Of a stretch of 64,000 nt of DNA, positions 20,495 through 29,985 are shown one piece after another. Made by a program: the position numbers and the translations under genes. The notes beneath the pieces were generated by a model. That model searched no databases. It was not told where the DNA came from and saw nothing but the letters and a program-made list of their open reading frames with translations. Numbering within the stretch: position 1 is the first letter of the stretch; every line of letters starts with the position of its first letter. Source of the stretch: an uncultured candidatus Porisulfidus sp. (lineage in GTDB: Bacteria > Pseudomonadota > Gammaproteobacteria > Poriferisulfidales > Oxydemutatoraceae); contig OZ241323.1 of the NCBI GenBank assembly GCA_965199685.1, positions 801,940 through 865,939 of the forward strand, read 5' to 3'.

Positions 20495-21160
20495 ATGGAT
20501 CAAATCAACATGCTAGACGAACGGGGCGATATCATGAGTAGCCCAAGAGAAGATCTAACAATTTCTCTAAAAGACCGAAAATTCGGAACTGTATTGGCTG
20601 ATCCACCATGGCGATTTGCCAACCGGACAGGGAAAGTGGCTCCAGAACATCGTCGTCTTTTGCGTTACAGAACATTATCATTTGAGGAAATACAAGCATT
20701 GCCTGTGGCCAATTTGATGGCGGATCAATCACATTGCTATTTGTGGGTTCCAAACGCCCTGTTGCCGTATGGTCTTGCGACGCTGAAGGCATGGGGGTTT
20801 GAGTATAAAACTAATTTAATTTGGCACAAAGTGAGGAAAGACGGTGGATCGGACGGGCGCGGTGTTGGGTTCTATTTTCGCAACGTTACCGAAATCATTC
20901 TTTTTGGTGTCAGAGGGAAAAACGTCAGAACCTTGCCCCCAGGTCGCAGTCAGGTTAATCTCATTGCCAGCCGTAAGCGAGAGCATTCTCGCAAGCCAGA
21001 TGAGCAATATGATTTGATTGAGAGCTGTAGTTGGGGTCCGTATCTAGAATTGTTTGGACGCGGTACACGAGAGGGATGGACGGTGTGGGGCAATCAGTCT
21101 GCGGAATATCAACCTGATTGGCCGACGTATCAGTACAATTCTACCGTTAATGTCCCATGA
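20495..21160 (+). CDS. MT-A70 family N6-adenine DNA methyltransferase
   Basis: ADPPWRF catalytic motif; AT-rich; ATGA overlap with the downstream gene. Confidence 0.75.
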   Translation: MDQINMLDERGDIMSSPREDLTISLKDRKFGTVLADPPWRFANRTGKVAPEHRRLLRYRTLSFEEIQALPVANLMADQSHCYLWVPNALLPYGLATLKAWGFEYKTNLIWHKVRKDGGSDGRGVGFYFRNVTEIILFGVRGKNVRTLPPGRSQVNLIASRKREHSRKPDEQYDLIESCSWGPYLELFGRGTREGWTVWGNQSAEYQPDWPTYQYNSTVNVP

Positions 21161-21891
21161 AAACCGTTCAAGACCTTGAACAGGCTGGGTTTGATGTTCA
21201 GGCTGTCAATCACGCTATGGCTGTGCTGACTAAGGACTTTCCTGAACCGTTGAGTGAATTATGCGCAACCCTTCTTGATATTCAGATTGCCGATGTCGAA
21301 CTGATCAAAGGCGGAGGTGGCGAGGCTCCGGCAACCCAAAGATTGCGAAGAGCATTGACAGAACTGGGTTGGCTGAAACGCAAGATTGTCATTAGAAAGA
21401 CGGTTGATCAAGTTGAACGACACTCGATTACTCATGAGATTGACCATATGCGGAAAACGTGCAACGGTTCCATTGCACTGGAGATTGAATGGAACAACAA
21501 AGACCCGTTCTTTGATCGTGACCTTGATAATTTCCAGCGTCTACACAGCGAAGGTGCTATAAGTGTTGGAGTGATTGTCACTCGTGGGAGTTCATTGCAA
21601 GAAAACATGATTCAGATCGTTACGGGATGTGCAATCAGGTGCAATATTCAAAAATTTGAGGATGTGGAGACAGAATACGGAGTGACACCGACACCAAGGC
21701 AACGTAATCTGGTCAAGTCGGATGGTGATAATTTTGCTAAAGAATGGGCTAAACGATTTGTTCAAGACAAGTTTGGACAAGCAACCACGCACTGGAACAA
21801 ATTGCAAGCCATGATAAGCCGAGGAGTTGGAAATCCCTGTCCGCTACTTCTGATTGGAATACCCGTTACTGTTGTTTATCATAAAGATTGA
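21157..21891 (+). CDS. Type II restriction endonuclease, BamHI/BglII-like fold
   Basis: SIALEIEWNNKD...GAISVGVIVTRG resembles the BamHI E-x-E catalytic block (GMEFETGN...EIDLAIIL). Confidence 0.5.
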   Translation: MKTVQDLEQAGFDVQAVNHAMAVLTKDFPEPLSELCATLLDIQIADVELIKGGGGEAPATQRLRRALTELGWLKRKIVIRKTVDQVERHSITHEIDHMRKTCNGSIALEIEWNNKDPFFDRDLDNFQRLHSEGAISVGVIVTRGSSLQENMIQIVTGCAIRCNIQKFEDVETEYGVTPTPRQRNLVKSDGDNFAKEWAKRFVQDKFGQATTHWNKLQAMISRGVGNPCPLLLIGIPVTVVYHKD

Positions 21892-22321
21892 AATATCAAA
21901 GTCGAAACTCGAACAAACAACCGACAAAAATACGATAGTGCAAGTCATTCCCATACGATTCTAGCTACCAGTTCTTAAAGTGCAAAATGAAGCGTAATAT
22001 TGATATGCCGAAAGCCGGCATGAATACGCTGAAGAAAGTGTCTTTCAAATGTTAAAAAAACAAAAACAGTTGACAATTTGTTATCCACGTGCCAGCAGTA
22101 AGGCGAATATTACTTCTCGATATGTTCCTATTTTTGAGCTTTGCTAAAGAGAGGCTATAATAAGATATGCCCAAAATGAACACAAATAATCACACATTTG
22201 ATATTACGGCTACCTCTGTCTTTTCATGCAAACGTGAACTAAACACCTCTATAATCAATTTACCCAAAGATTTACAATTCAACCAGCATATTAAAATGGT
22301 CGGTCTATACTTTCTTAATAA

Positions 22322-23023
22322 ATGGCACTAATTAGAAAAACACAGCTCCTAAAACTTGCTGCGATGCTGCTTGCGATAGCAACATTATCGGCTTGCGCTA
22401 CTGTTCAGGAGTATTGGACGGATGATGATCAAGTTCCCTTATCTCCTAAAACCTATACGGTCAACAAAGGCGATACGCTTTACAGCATTGCTTGGCTTTA
22501 CGAGCTAGATTATCGCCAACTCGCGCAATGGAACGACATCAAGGCACCGAATTATTTAATCTATCCCGATCAGCAGCTACGCTTGGACGCGCCCGCATCA
22601 GTTGTTGCATCAGAACCCGAAGCCAAGCAAACGGTCACAAAAGCGGCCAGTCTTTTGGGATGGCAGTGGCCGCTGAATAAGCCCGAAGTAAAAGCGTTGC
22701 CTCGCTCTAATGCACTATTAATGAAAGGCAAACCGTCCGAAGCTGTGCGCGCAACCGCCGCCGGCATAGTCGTTTATAGCGGTTTTAATTTGAAACATTA
22801 TCAAGGTTTGATTATCATAAAGCACGACGACGACATCTTTAGCGTCTACGGGAACAACGAAGAACTTCTGGTAGTAGAGAAAGAACGGGTTGCCGTCGGA
22901 CAGGAGATTGCGCGTCTGCCCACAACGCAAGACGACGCAAATCTATATTTTGAAATTAAACATCGCAATAAATCGTTAAAAGCGGTCAATTATTTACCGG
23001 GCTTAAAAATATCAACTCGTTGA
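22322..23023 (+). CDS. nlpD: Lipoprotein NlpD (LysM plus M23 peptidase domain)
   Basis: Lipobox LSAC, LysM (YTVNKGDTLYSIAW), M23 C-terminus; follows surE-pcm as in E. coli. Confidence 0.8.
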   Translation: MALIRKTQLLKLAAMLLAIATLSACATVQEYWTDDDQVPLSPKTYTVNKGDTLYSIAWLYELDYRQLAQWNDIKAPNYLIYPDQQLRLDAPASVVASEPEAKQTVTKAASLLGWQWPLNKPEVKALPRSNALLMKGKPSEAVRATAAGIVVYSGFNLKHYQGLIIIKHDDDIFSVYGNNEELLVVEKERVAVGQEIARLPTTQDDANLYFEIKHRNKSLKAVNYLPGLKISTR

Positions 23024-23026
23024 ACT

Positions 23027-24217
23027 ATGCCAACTGAAGAATTTCATAGAATACAGCGTCTACCGCCTTATGTTTTCAATATCGTCAACGAATTGAAGCA
23101 AGCCGAGCGGGCGCAAGGAGAGGATGTCATAGACTTAGGCATGGGCAACCCCGACCAACCTGCGCCGCCGCATGTGGTTGATAAGCTGATAGAAACTTGT
23201 AGCCGTAAGGATACCCATCGCTACTCCATGTCTAAAGGTATTCCTAGATTACGTACTGCGATATGCAACTGGTATAGGCGCAAATACGATGTAGAGCTGG
23301 ATCCCGAAAGCGAGGCAATCGTCACCATAGGATCCAAGGATGGTTTAGCGCATCTTGCGTTGGCAGTATTGGGTCCTGGTGATTGTGTGCTGGTGCCTAC
23401 ACCGGCGTATCCTATACATCCGTACGGCTGTGTAATCGCTGGTGCCGATGTGCAATATCTCGCATTGAGCGATGGCGAATTGAGCGACGATGATGATTTC
23501 TTTGACGGCTTGCAACAAGCGATACACAATAGCTGGCCGCGCCCTAAACTGTTGCTTTTGAACTTTCCATGCAATCCGACGACACAATGTGTGTCGCTTG
23601 ATTTTTTTGAAAAAGCGGTAGCAATCGCACGCGAACACGATATGTGGATAATCAACGACAATGCCTATGCCGAGATCGTCTTTGACGGCTACCAAGCACC
23701 CTCTATACTGCAAGTCCCGGGTGCCACCGATATCGGTGTGGAGTTTTATTCTTTATCTAAAACATATAATATGCCAGGCTGGCGAGTCGGTTTTATGTGT
23801 GGCAACCGTACCTTAGTAGGAGCTTTGGCAAGGATCAAATCTTATTTAGACTATGGCTTATTCACACCCATACAAGTTGCCTCAATCACTGCGTTGGAAA
23901 GTTCTCAGGAGTGTGTTGCCGAAACTGTAGAACTCTATCAAACTCGCCGTGATGTATTGTGTGAGGGTTTGGATAAAATAGGGTGGCATTTTGAAAAGCC
24001 CAAGGCGACAATGTTTGTGTGGGCACCAGTGCCGGAAGCCTACGCCGACAAAGGTTCGCTGGAGTTTTCCAAATTGCTGTTAAAAGAAGCGAAGGTCGCA
24101 GTGTCGCCAGGTATTGGTTTTGGCAAGAACGGCGACTCGCATATACGCTTTAGCCTGATAGAGAATAAACAGCGTATTAGACAAGCGGTTAGAAACATCA
24201 AAAAAATATTGGAATGA
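23027..24217 (+). CDS. alaC: Glutamate-pyruvate aminotransferase AlaC-like (class I aminotransferase)
   Basis: Co-linear with E. coli AlaC/YfdZ ([33 protein letters not shown]). Confidence 0.8.
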   Translation: MPTEEFHRIQRLPPYVFNIVNELKQAERAQGEDVIDLGMGNPDQPAPPHVVDKLIETCSRKDTHRYSMSKGIPRLRTAICNWYRRKYDVELDPESEAIVTIGSKDGLAHLALAVLGPGDCVLVPTPAYPIHPYGCVIAGADVQYLALSDGELSDDDDFFDGLQQAIHNSWPRPKLLLLNFPCNPTTQCVSLDFFEKAVAIAREHDMWIINDNAYAEIVFDGYQAPSILQVPGATDIGVEFYSLSKTYNMPGWRVGFMCGNRTLVGALARIKSYLDYGLFTPIQVASITALESSQECVAETVELYQTRRDVLCEGLDKIGWHFEKPKATMFVWAPVPEAYADKGSLEFSKLLLKEAKVAVSPGIGFGKNGDSHIRFSLIENKQRIRQAVRNIKKILE

Positions 24218-25554
24218 GTGTGGAGGCTAAAAAGGCAAAACAAATGAAACAAATGAAAATTGGTCTGCTAGGTTTGGGTACCGTCGGTTGTGGCATGATT
24301 AAAGTATTGTCGCGCAACGCGCCGGAAATAGCGCGCCGTGCTGGATGTCAATTAGAGGTCGTTGTAGCAACGGCGCGTGATCTGAACAAAACACGCGACG
24401 CTGATTTATCGGGTATACAATTGGTTGCCGACCCGATGCAAATTGTCACTGACCCGAAGATTGATATAATCGTAGAACTCATTGGTGGCAACGAACCGGC
24501 GTACAGTCTAATCTCCCGAGCGATAGCATCTGGCAAACATGTGGTGACCGCAAATAAGGCATTGATTGCCAATCATGGCAACGATATATTCAAAGCAGCT
24601 CGTGAGCAGGGTGTGATGGTGAGCTACGAGGCCGCGGTTGCCGGCGGCGTGCCGGTTATCAAAGCGATAAGAGAGGCTTTGTCTGCGAACCGTATCCAAA
24701 GCATCGTTGGCATTATCAACGGCACCTCTAACTATATACTGACTGAGGTCGGCGAAAAGCAGCGCAGTTTTGCCGAGGCTTTAGGCGATGCACAACGGCT
24801 AGGTTACGCCGAGATGGATCCCAGCTTTGATGTTGACGGCATCGATACCGCACACAAGTTGATGATTATGGCAGCGACCGCATTTGGCATCCCGTTGCAA
24901 TTCAATGCGGTGCATATAGAAGGTATTCGCGACATACAGGTACAAGATGTGGCGTATGCCGAAGAGCTAGGCTATAAAATTAAGCATTTGGGTATTGCGA
25001 AACGCAACAGTGAAGGCATAGAATTGCGCGTGCATCCCACTCTTATCCCGTTACACTCGATGTTAGCAAATGTCTCAGGTGTTATGAACGCCGTACTGAT
25101 AAACAGCGACGCTGCTGGTGCGACTTTGTATTATGGTGCCGGTGCCGGCGGTGAGGCGACCGCCTCGGCAGTGATTGCCGATCTCATTGATGTTAGTCGC
25201 GCACTTAACGCGGATCCCGAATATCGGGTGCCACATCTTGCTTTTCAACCCGATGAATTATCCGATCTACCAATTTTGGAAATAGGGCAGACGAAAACCG
25301 CGCGTTATTTGCGCCTACAGGTTGCAGATAAGTCAGGCGTGTTGGCTAATATCACTCGCATACTGAGTGAATTCAATATCAGCATAGAGGCGGTGATGCA
25401 AAAAGATACTGCCACTGCGCACAACCCACTGGTGCCACTGGTGCTGTTGATTTATCCGGTCAAAGAGTCTGATATCATTGATGCGATAACGCAGATTGAG
25501 TTGTTGCCTGAAGTGACCGACCAAGTTATCAGCTATCGCTTGGAGATGAATTGA
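24214..25554 (+). CDS. hom: Homoserine dehydrogenase
   Basis: GLGTVG NAD-binding N-terminus, C-terminal ACT domain. Confidence 0.9.
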   Translation: MSVEAKKAKQMKQMKIGLLGLGTVGCGMIKVLSRNAPEIARRAGCQLEVVVATARDLNKTRDADLSGIQLVADPMQIVTDPKIDIIVELIGGNEPAYSLISRAIASGKHVVTANKALIANHGNDIFKAAREQGVMVSYEAAVAGGVPVIKAIREALSANRIQSIVGIINGTSNYILTEVGEKQRSFAEALGDAQRLGYAEMDPSFDVDGIDTAHKLMIMAATAFGIPLQFNAVHIEGIRDIQVQDVAYAEELGYKIKHLGIAKRNSEGIELRVHPTLIPLHSMLANVSGVMNAVLINSDAAGATLYYGAGAGGEATASAVIADLIDVSRALNADPEYRVPHLAFQPDELSDLPILEIGQTKTARYLRLQVADKSGVLANITRILSEFNISIEAVMQKDTATAHNPLVPLVLLIYPVKESDIIDAITQIELLPEVTDQVISYRLEMN

Positions 25555-25562
25555 GTTAGACG

Positions 25563-26678
25563 ATGCCGGGACTGATAGAAAAATATAGAGATTGCTTGCC
25601 GTTGCCTGCAGATGCCGAGGCAATTTCGCTGTGCGAAGGAGCAACTCCACTGATCCAACTGCGAAACATTCCCAAACTCTTTGACATAGACCTTGAATTG
25701 TATGTCAAATACGAAGGATTGAATCCCACTGGTTCGTTCAAGGATCGAGGCATGACTGTTGCGGTTAGCCATGCAGTTTCGGAAAAACAAAAAGCGGTTA
25801 TCTGCGCATCCACTGGCAACACTTCAGCATCAGCGGCAGCTTATGCGGCGCGAGCCGGAATGCGCTGCTTTGTGTTGATACCCGAAGGTAAAATTGCCAC
25901 CGGCAAACTTGCCCAAGCGATGATAGAAGGTGCAATGGTGATCCAGATTAAAGGAAACTTCGATCAAGGCATGGAACTCGTCAAGCAAGTCTCCGAACAA
26001 TCTGCCGTTGCAGTCGTTAATTCCATCAATCCGTATCGCTTGCAAGGTCAAAAGACCGCATCGCTGGAGATTATAGAAGTCCTAGATGGCGCGCCCGATT
26101 ACCACTGTTTGCCGGTCGGCAACGCCGGGAATATCTCAGCGTATTGGATGGGCTACAGCGAGGCGGCAGGACAAGACAGTTTTTGCATAGACCAAGCACG
26201 CACGGCACTATCAGGCAACTATAAATCAGCATCAGTTATCACTACAAAACGACCTAAAATGCTAGGCTACCAGGCGCAAGGCTCTGCACCGATCATCGCT
26301 GGGCATAAAATAGACAAACCTGAGACCGTTGCAACCGCTATCAGAATAGGCAACCCGCAAAGCTGGGAGATGGCAGTTAGTGCGAGCTGCGAATCTCAAG
26401 GCTGGTTTGCCGCGTGTAGCGACGACGAAATCTTATCGGCGCAACGCCTGCTTGCCGAGAAAGAAGGCATCTTTTGCGAACCTGCCTCGGCAATCTCTAT
26501 CGCCGGATTGATCAAAGATATCGCTGCCCAAAAAATTGAGCCAAGAAGCCGCATCGTCTGCACTTTGACTGGTCACGGACTCAAAGACCCCGACATCGCA
26601 ATCCACCAATCTGCCACCCAAGCGATGAAAGCCGTAGCTCCCGAATTCAACTCCATCAACGAACTCATCAACCTGTAA
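25563..26678 (+). CDS. thrC: Threonine synthase (short form)
   Basis: PLP lysine motif GSFKDRG. Confidence 0.9.
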   Translation: MPGLIEKYRDCLPLPADAEAISLCEGATPLIQLRNIPKLFDIDLELYVKYEGLNPTGSFKDRGMTVAVSHAVSEKQKAVICASTGNTSASAAAYAARAGMRCFVLIPEGKIATGKLAQAMIEGAMVIQIKGNFDQGMELVKQVSEQSAVAVVNSINPYRLQGQKTASLEIIEVLDGAPDYHCLPVGNAGNISAYWMGYSEAAGQDSFCIDQARTALSGNYKSASVITTKRPKMLGYQAQGSAPIIAGHKIDKPETVATAIRIGNPQSWEMAVSASCESQGWFAACSDDEILSAQRLLAEKEGIFCEPASAISIAGLIKDIAAQKIEPRSRIVCTLTGHGLKDPDIAIHQSATQAMKAVAPEFNSINELINL

Positions 26679-26689
26679 TAATGATATTC

Positions 26690-27310
26690 AAGGCTGTTGA
26701 AAAAGTACTGCCATTGTAAAAACTCAACCGCCCCGCGCCATTAAATTTACGATAACCATCCGTAGGGGAGGGCTAACATGGGGCTGTTGAAAAAGTGTCT
26801 GCATTAGTACATTCCCCTCCTTTGGAGGGGTGGCAGGCCTATGCATCTTGTAATGTATGCGTTTAGCAATCATGTTAAGGTTCTGCACAATGTCACGCCG
26901 TTTGTGCAACTGCAACAAACGGCGGTTCTATCTGACGGGGTGGTTGCAAAGGTTCTGAACAATGTTACGCCGATTGACCTACTGGCTCAATCGGCGGTTC
27001 TATTTTTCAACAGTCCCACATGCCCTCCCTAGCGCGTTGCGTCTGTACAAACAATCCATTCATTCATTTCGTTTACGGTAACCATGATTCGGTGGCGCAT
27101 ACGGTTGTATTTGTACAAAGTTTCAATATGTGTAGGGGCAGAATAAAGCCGCCGATTGAGCCAGTAGGTCAATCGGCATTTTAATTGTCCACCCTAACGC
27201 GACGTACTCGCACGATTTATACATTCATCCATCAAATTTATGCAAACCATAATCTTGTGGCGCGTAGCGGTTGGGTTTGTGCAGGACGGTACCGTACCCT
27301 ACACATGCAG
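26690..27310. repeat. Large composite MITE-like repeat cluster (2 or more nested elements, internal duplication of hairpin modules)
   Basis: Modules as at 5461-5629 plus variant gccgtttgtgcaactgcaacaaacggc; ORFs 26841..27032 and 27185..27496 judged spurious. Confidence 0.75.
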
Positions 27311-27324
27311 GTTACGTTGTGGTT

Positions 27325-27816
27325 CTACTGTGCTTTGAGAATAAGATCGCAGGCTTGGCGTGCGGCACCGCGTCCACCATTCGCTGAAGTAACCCAATCG
27401 GCTTGTTGTCGGACTGTTTCGTGTGCGTCGGCAGGGGCTAATGCAAGACCTACTGAGTTCATCGCTGGCAAGTCTATAAAATCGTCGCCCATATAAGCAA
27501 CTTGTTGCAGGGTGATATCCAGCATCACTATCAAGGCATCCAAAACTGATTTTTTATCAAAACAGCCCTGGTACACATGTTCAACACCTAAATCTTCCAT
27601 TCTATTTGCGACAATGGTAGATTTTCGTGCGCTGATTACCGCAACTTCTATATGGTGGTTTAGCAATAAGCGGATGCCAGTGCCGTCTTTTACGTCGAAA
27701 CTTCTAGCCTCGCCACCCTCGCTGGTCCATATCAGTCTGCCGTCGGTCAAAACACCGTCAACATCAAAGACCATCAGTTTTATTTGCGAGGCTTTTTGTA
27801 TAATTTCTTTATCCAT
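27325..27816 (-). CDS. kdsC: 3-deoxy-D-manno-octulosonate 8-phosphate phosphatase
   Basis: HAD motif LMVFDVDGVLTDG; start at MDKEIIQ. Confidence 0.8.
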   Translation of the reverse strand: MDKEIIQKASQIKLMVFDVDGVLTDGRLIWTSEGGEARSFDVKDGTGIRLLLNHHIEVAVISARKSTIVANRMEDLGVEHVYQGCFDKKSVLDALIVMLDITLQQVAYMGDDFIDLPAMNSVGLALAPADAHETVRQQADWVTSANGGRGAARQACDLILKAQ

Positions 27817-27860
27817 CGGGTGTACCTTGGTCGGGCATAATGATAAAATAAGCAATCAAT

Positions 27861-29116
27861 GGGAATTATATACCATTCTGCACAAAGCTATAATAAAATA
27901 AACCAATGAAAGCAAACAGAACAATCTGCTACCACTTATACCCAGCGACTTATAGAAAGCACCAGCAATTACATGGCACTGCCGGAGCGTGTCGGCATGT
28001 GTGGAATCATTTTGTGGGAAAGTTAAAAGACGAATACGAGTACTATGGGGAAAGCAAGTTTAAGTACTATACGCTGTGTCCTCAATTCACTACTTTGCGA
28101 AAGTATAGTCGTACCTGGTTGCAGGATTATTCAGCTAATATCGTAAAGATGTCATTAAAACCAATAGAGACAGCCTATAAAGGCTACTTTAAGGGAATAT
28201 GCGGATTACCAAAGTTTCACGGAAAATACACATACAATCCGTCATTTCCTATAGATAAGGAAACTGCAAAAATATCTGGTGAGCATATATACATTCAGAA
28301 AATAGGCTGGATTAAGTTTGCTGGTAGCGACAAATATAAAGGTGAGAAGTTTGTATCAGGTCAGGTCAAATATGAGTGTGGTAACTGGTATGCTTATATT
28401 GTCTATGAGATAGAAGTATCAGAAAAACCACAGTTTCTAACGACAGTAGGGCTGGATAGAAACTGCGGTCAGGTTGCTTTATCAGACGGCACTATTCATC
28501 ACGGGCCAGACATTCAGAAAAAGATAGTGAAGCGAAAGCGTTATCAACGGAAGTATGCAAGAGGGAAGCAAGGGAGTAATAGGCAAAAAGTTGCTAAGTA
28601 CAAACTGCAGAAAGCCTACAAAGCGGAGCGTAATGCAGGAGCTAACTGGTATCATCAAACCAGCAAGTTAATCGCAGACAAGTATGATGTTGTGTATATA
28701 GAAGAGTTGAAAACCAAAAGCATGACGAAGTCAGCAAAGGGAACGATAACAACTCCTGGCACAAATGTAAAGCAGAAAGCAGGTTTGAATAGGTCAATCC
28801 TAGCAAGCAGTTGGTATAAGCTAGAACAATGCTTGTCCTACAAAGCCCATGTAGAGAAAGTGCCAGCACACTACACCAGCCAAACCTGTGATAAGTGCAG
28901 CAACGTAGATAAAGCAAACCGCAAGACCCAATCAATTTTCAAGTGTCAACAATGTGGACACGAGGACAATGCAGATGTGAATGCTGCATTAAACATTTTG
29001 GCGGCTGGGAATACCGCAACTGGACGTGGAGATGGCGACATTAGTCGGTCTGTGAAGCGTCAAAAAATAGCAAGTAAAGCACGGAGCTTATCTGTGCAGA
29101 ATTGTATATAATTCCC
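27861..29116 (+). mobile_element. tnpB-only insertion element bounded by 23-bp terminal inverted repeats (GGGAATTATATAC[C/A]ATTCTGCAC) and flanked by an 8-bp direct repeat CAATCAAT (27853-27860 and 29117-29124)
   Basis: Left TIR 27861-27883; the reverse complement of the right end 29094-29116 matches it 22/23; identical 8-mers abut both ends. Confidence 0.7.
27906..29111 (+). CDS. tnpB: TnpB (IS200/IS605 OrfB family RNA-guided nuclease)
   Basis: N-terminus ICYHLYPATY..CRHVWNHF; RuvC-I GLDRN, RuvC-II YIEEL, zinc finger CDKC..CQQC, RuvC-III NADVNAALNI. Confidence 0.85.
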   Translation: MKANRTICYHLYPATYRKHQQLHGTAGACRHVWNHFVGKLKDEYEYYGESKFKYYTLCPQFTTLRKYSRTWLQDYSANIVKMSLKPIETAYKGYFKGICGLPKFHGKYTYNPSFPIDKETAKISGEHIYIQKIGWIKFAGSDKYKGEKFVSGQVKYECGNWYAYIVYEIEVSEKPQFLTTVGLDRNCGQVALSDGTIHHGPDIQKKIVKRKRYQRKYARGKQGSNRQKVAKYKLQKAYKAERNAGANWYHQTSKLIADKYDVVYIEELKTKSMTKSAKGTITTPGTNVKQKAGLNRSILASSWYKLEQCLSYKAHVEKVPAHYTSQTCDKCSNVDKANRKTQSIFKCQQCGHEDNADVNAALNILAAGNTATGRGDGDISRSVKRQKIASKARSLSVQNCI

Positions 29117-29203
29117 CAATCAATCGTAGTCGTGTTGAAAGATGTATTATAGACTAATCACACCACATTTATATAAAATACGAAGCTAAACAAGGAGAAA
29201 TCT

Positions 29204-29539
29204 ATGGAAATTCAAATATCTGGACAAGGTTTTGACGTTACAAAACCTATAGAAACCCATATCAATGAAAAGTTAAAGAAAATACGCAAACATTTTGACC
29301 ATTTAGTGAAAGTACACGTTGTATTAAAGATAGAGAAAAATTCTCATATTGCAGAGATCGCCGTGCATACTAGCCACCATGATTTTTTTGTTAATGCCGA
29401 ATCTGACGATATGTACACAACGGTGGATAGGCTTATTCCCAAGCTCGATCGCCAAATAATCAAACACAAAGAAAAATTAAGAGATCATCGCTCCAGAGAA
29501 GTTGTGCATCACAACATTAAATCTAAAAAACAGCAATGA
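29204..29539 (+). CDS. hpf: Ribosome hibernation promoting factor
   Basis: 111 aa; S30AE family (MEIQISGQGFDVT). Confidence 0.85.
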   Translation: MEIQISGQGFDVTKPIETHINEKLKKIRKHFDHLVKVHVVLKIEKNSHIAEIAVHTSHHDFFVNAESDDMYTTVDRLIPKLDRQIIKHKEKLRDHRSREVVHHNIKSKKQQ

Positions 29540-29985
29540 ATTTTAGCGATTATCTAGATTTGGAACACATAAGACTGATAGCATCGGCAACCAAAAAGAA
29601 ATCTTTGGTGATATTGTCTGAGATGGCGTGTCAATCTACCCCGCTAGATCCTCATGCCGTATTGGCAAGTCTATTTGAGCGCGAACAATTAGGTAGCACT
29701 GCGATAGGCAAAGGTGTTGCGATTCCGCATTGCCGCATCAACGGTTTGAGTAATCCTATTGTGGCATTATTGCGAGTATCGCAAGGGGTAGATTATGAAG
29801 CACCCGATGGATTGCCAGTGAAGCTCATATTTGCTTTGCTGTTTCCATCGGATGCAACGCAACAACATCTAGATATTTTGGCAAGTTTGGCGAGTCGTTT
29901 TAATGAGACTGCTAATGTGAACGAATTATTGTTGGCACAAAATGAATCCGATTTGTTGCATCGGCTCAAAATGCCCACCGCATGA
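29536..29985 (+). CDS. ptsN: PTS IIA-Ntr
   Basis: Phosphorylatable His in GKGVAIPHCR. Confidence 0.85.
   Translation: MNFSDYLDLEHIRLIASATKKKSLVILSEMACQSTPLDPHAVLASLFEREQLGSTAIGKGVAIPHCRINGLSNPIVALLRVSQGVDYEAPDGLPVKLIFALLFPSDATQQHLDILASLASRFNETANVNELLLAQNESDLLHRLKMPTA

Noticed and set aside
21892-22321. The 430-bp AT-rich spacer before nlpD as a possible small gene or ncRNA (contains a 21-codon ORF and a hairpin ATGCCG-aaagc-CGGCAT)
   Set aside because: No RBS-supported ORF and no terminator-like U-tract. It is more simply promoter and leader DNA at the edge of the acquired R-M islet. A weak TTGAGC-N16-TATAAT is present at about 22137-22164.
29112-29203. Sigma-70 promoter for hpf in the 93-bp spacer after the tnpB element
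   Set aside because: Only weak -35/-10 candidates with non-canonical spacing were found. They cannot be distinguished from chance.
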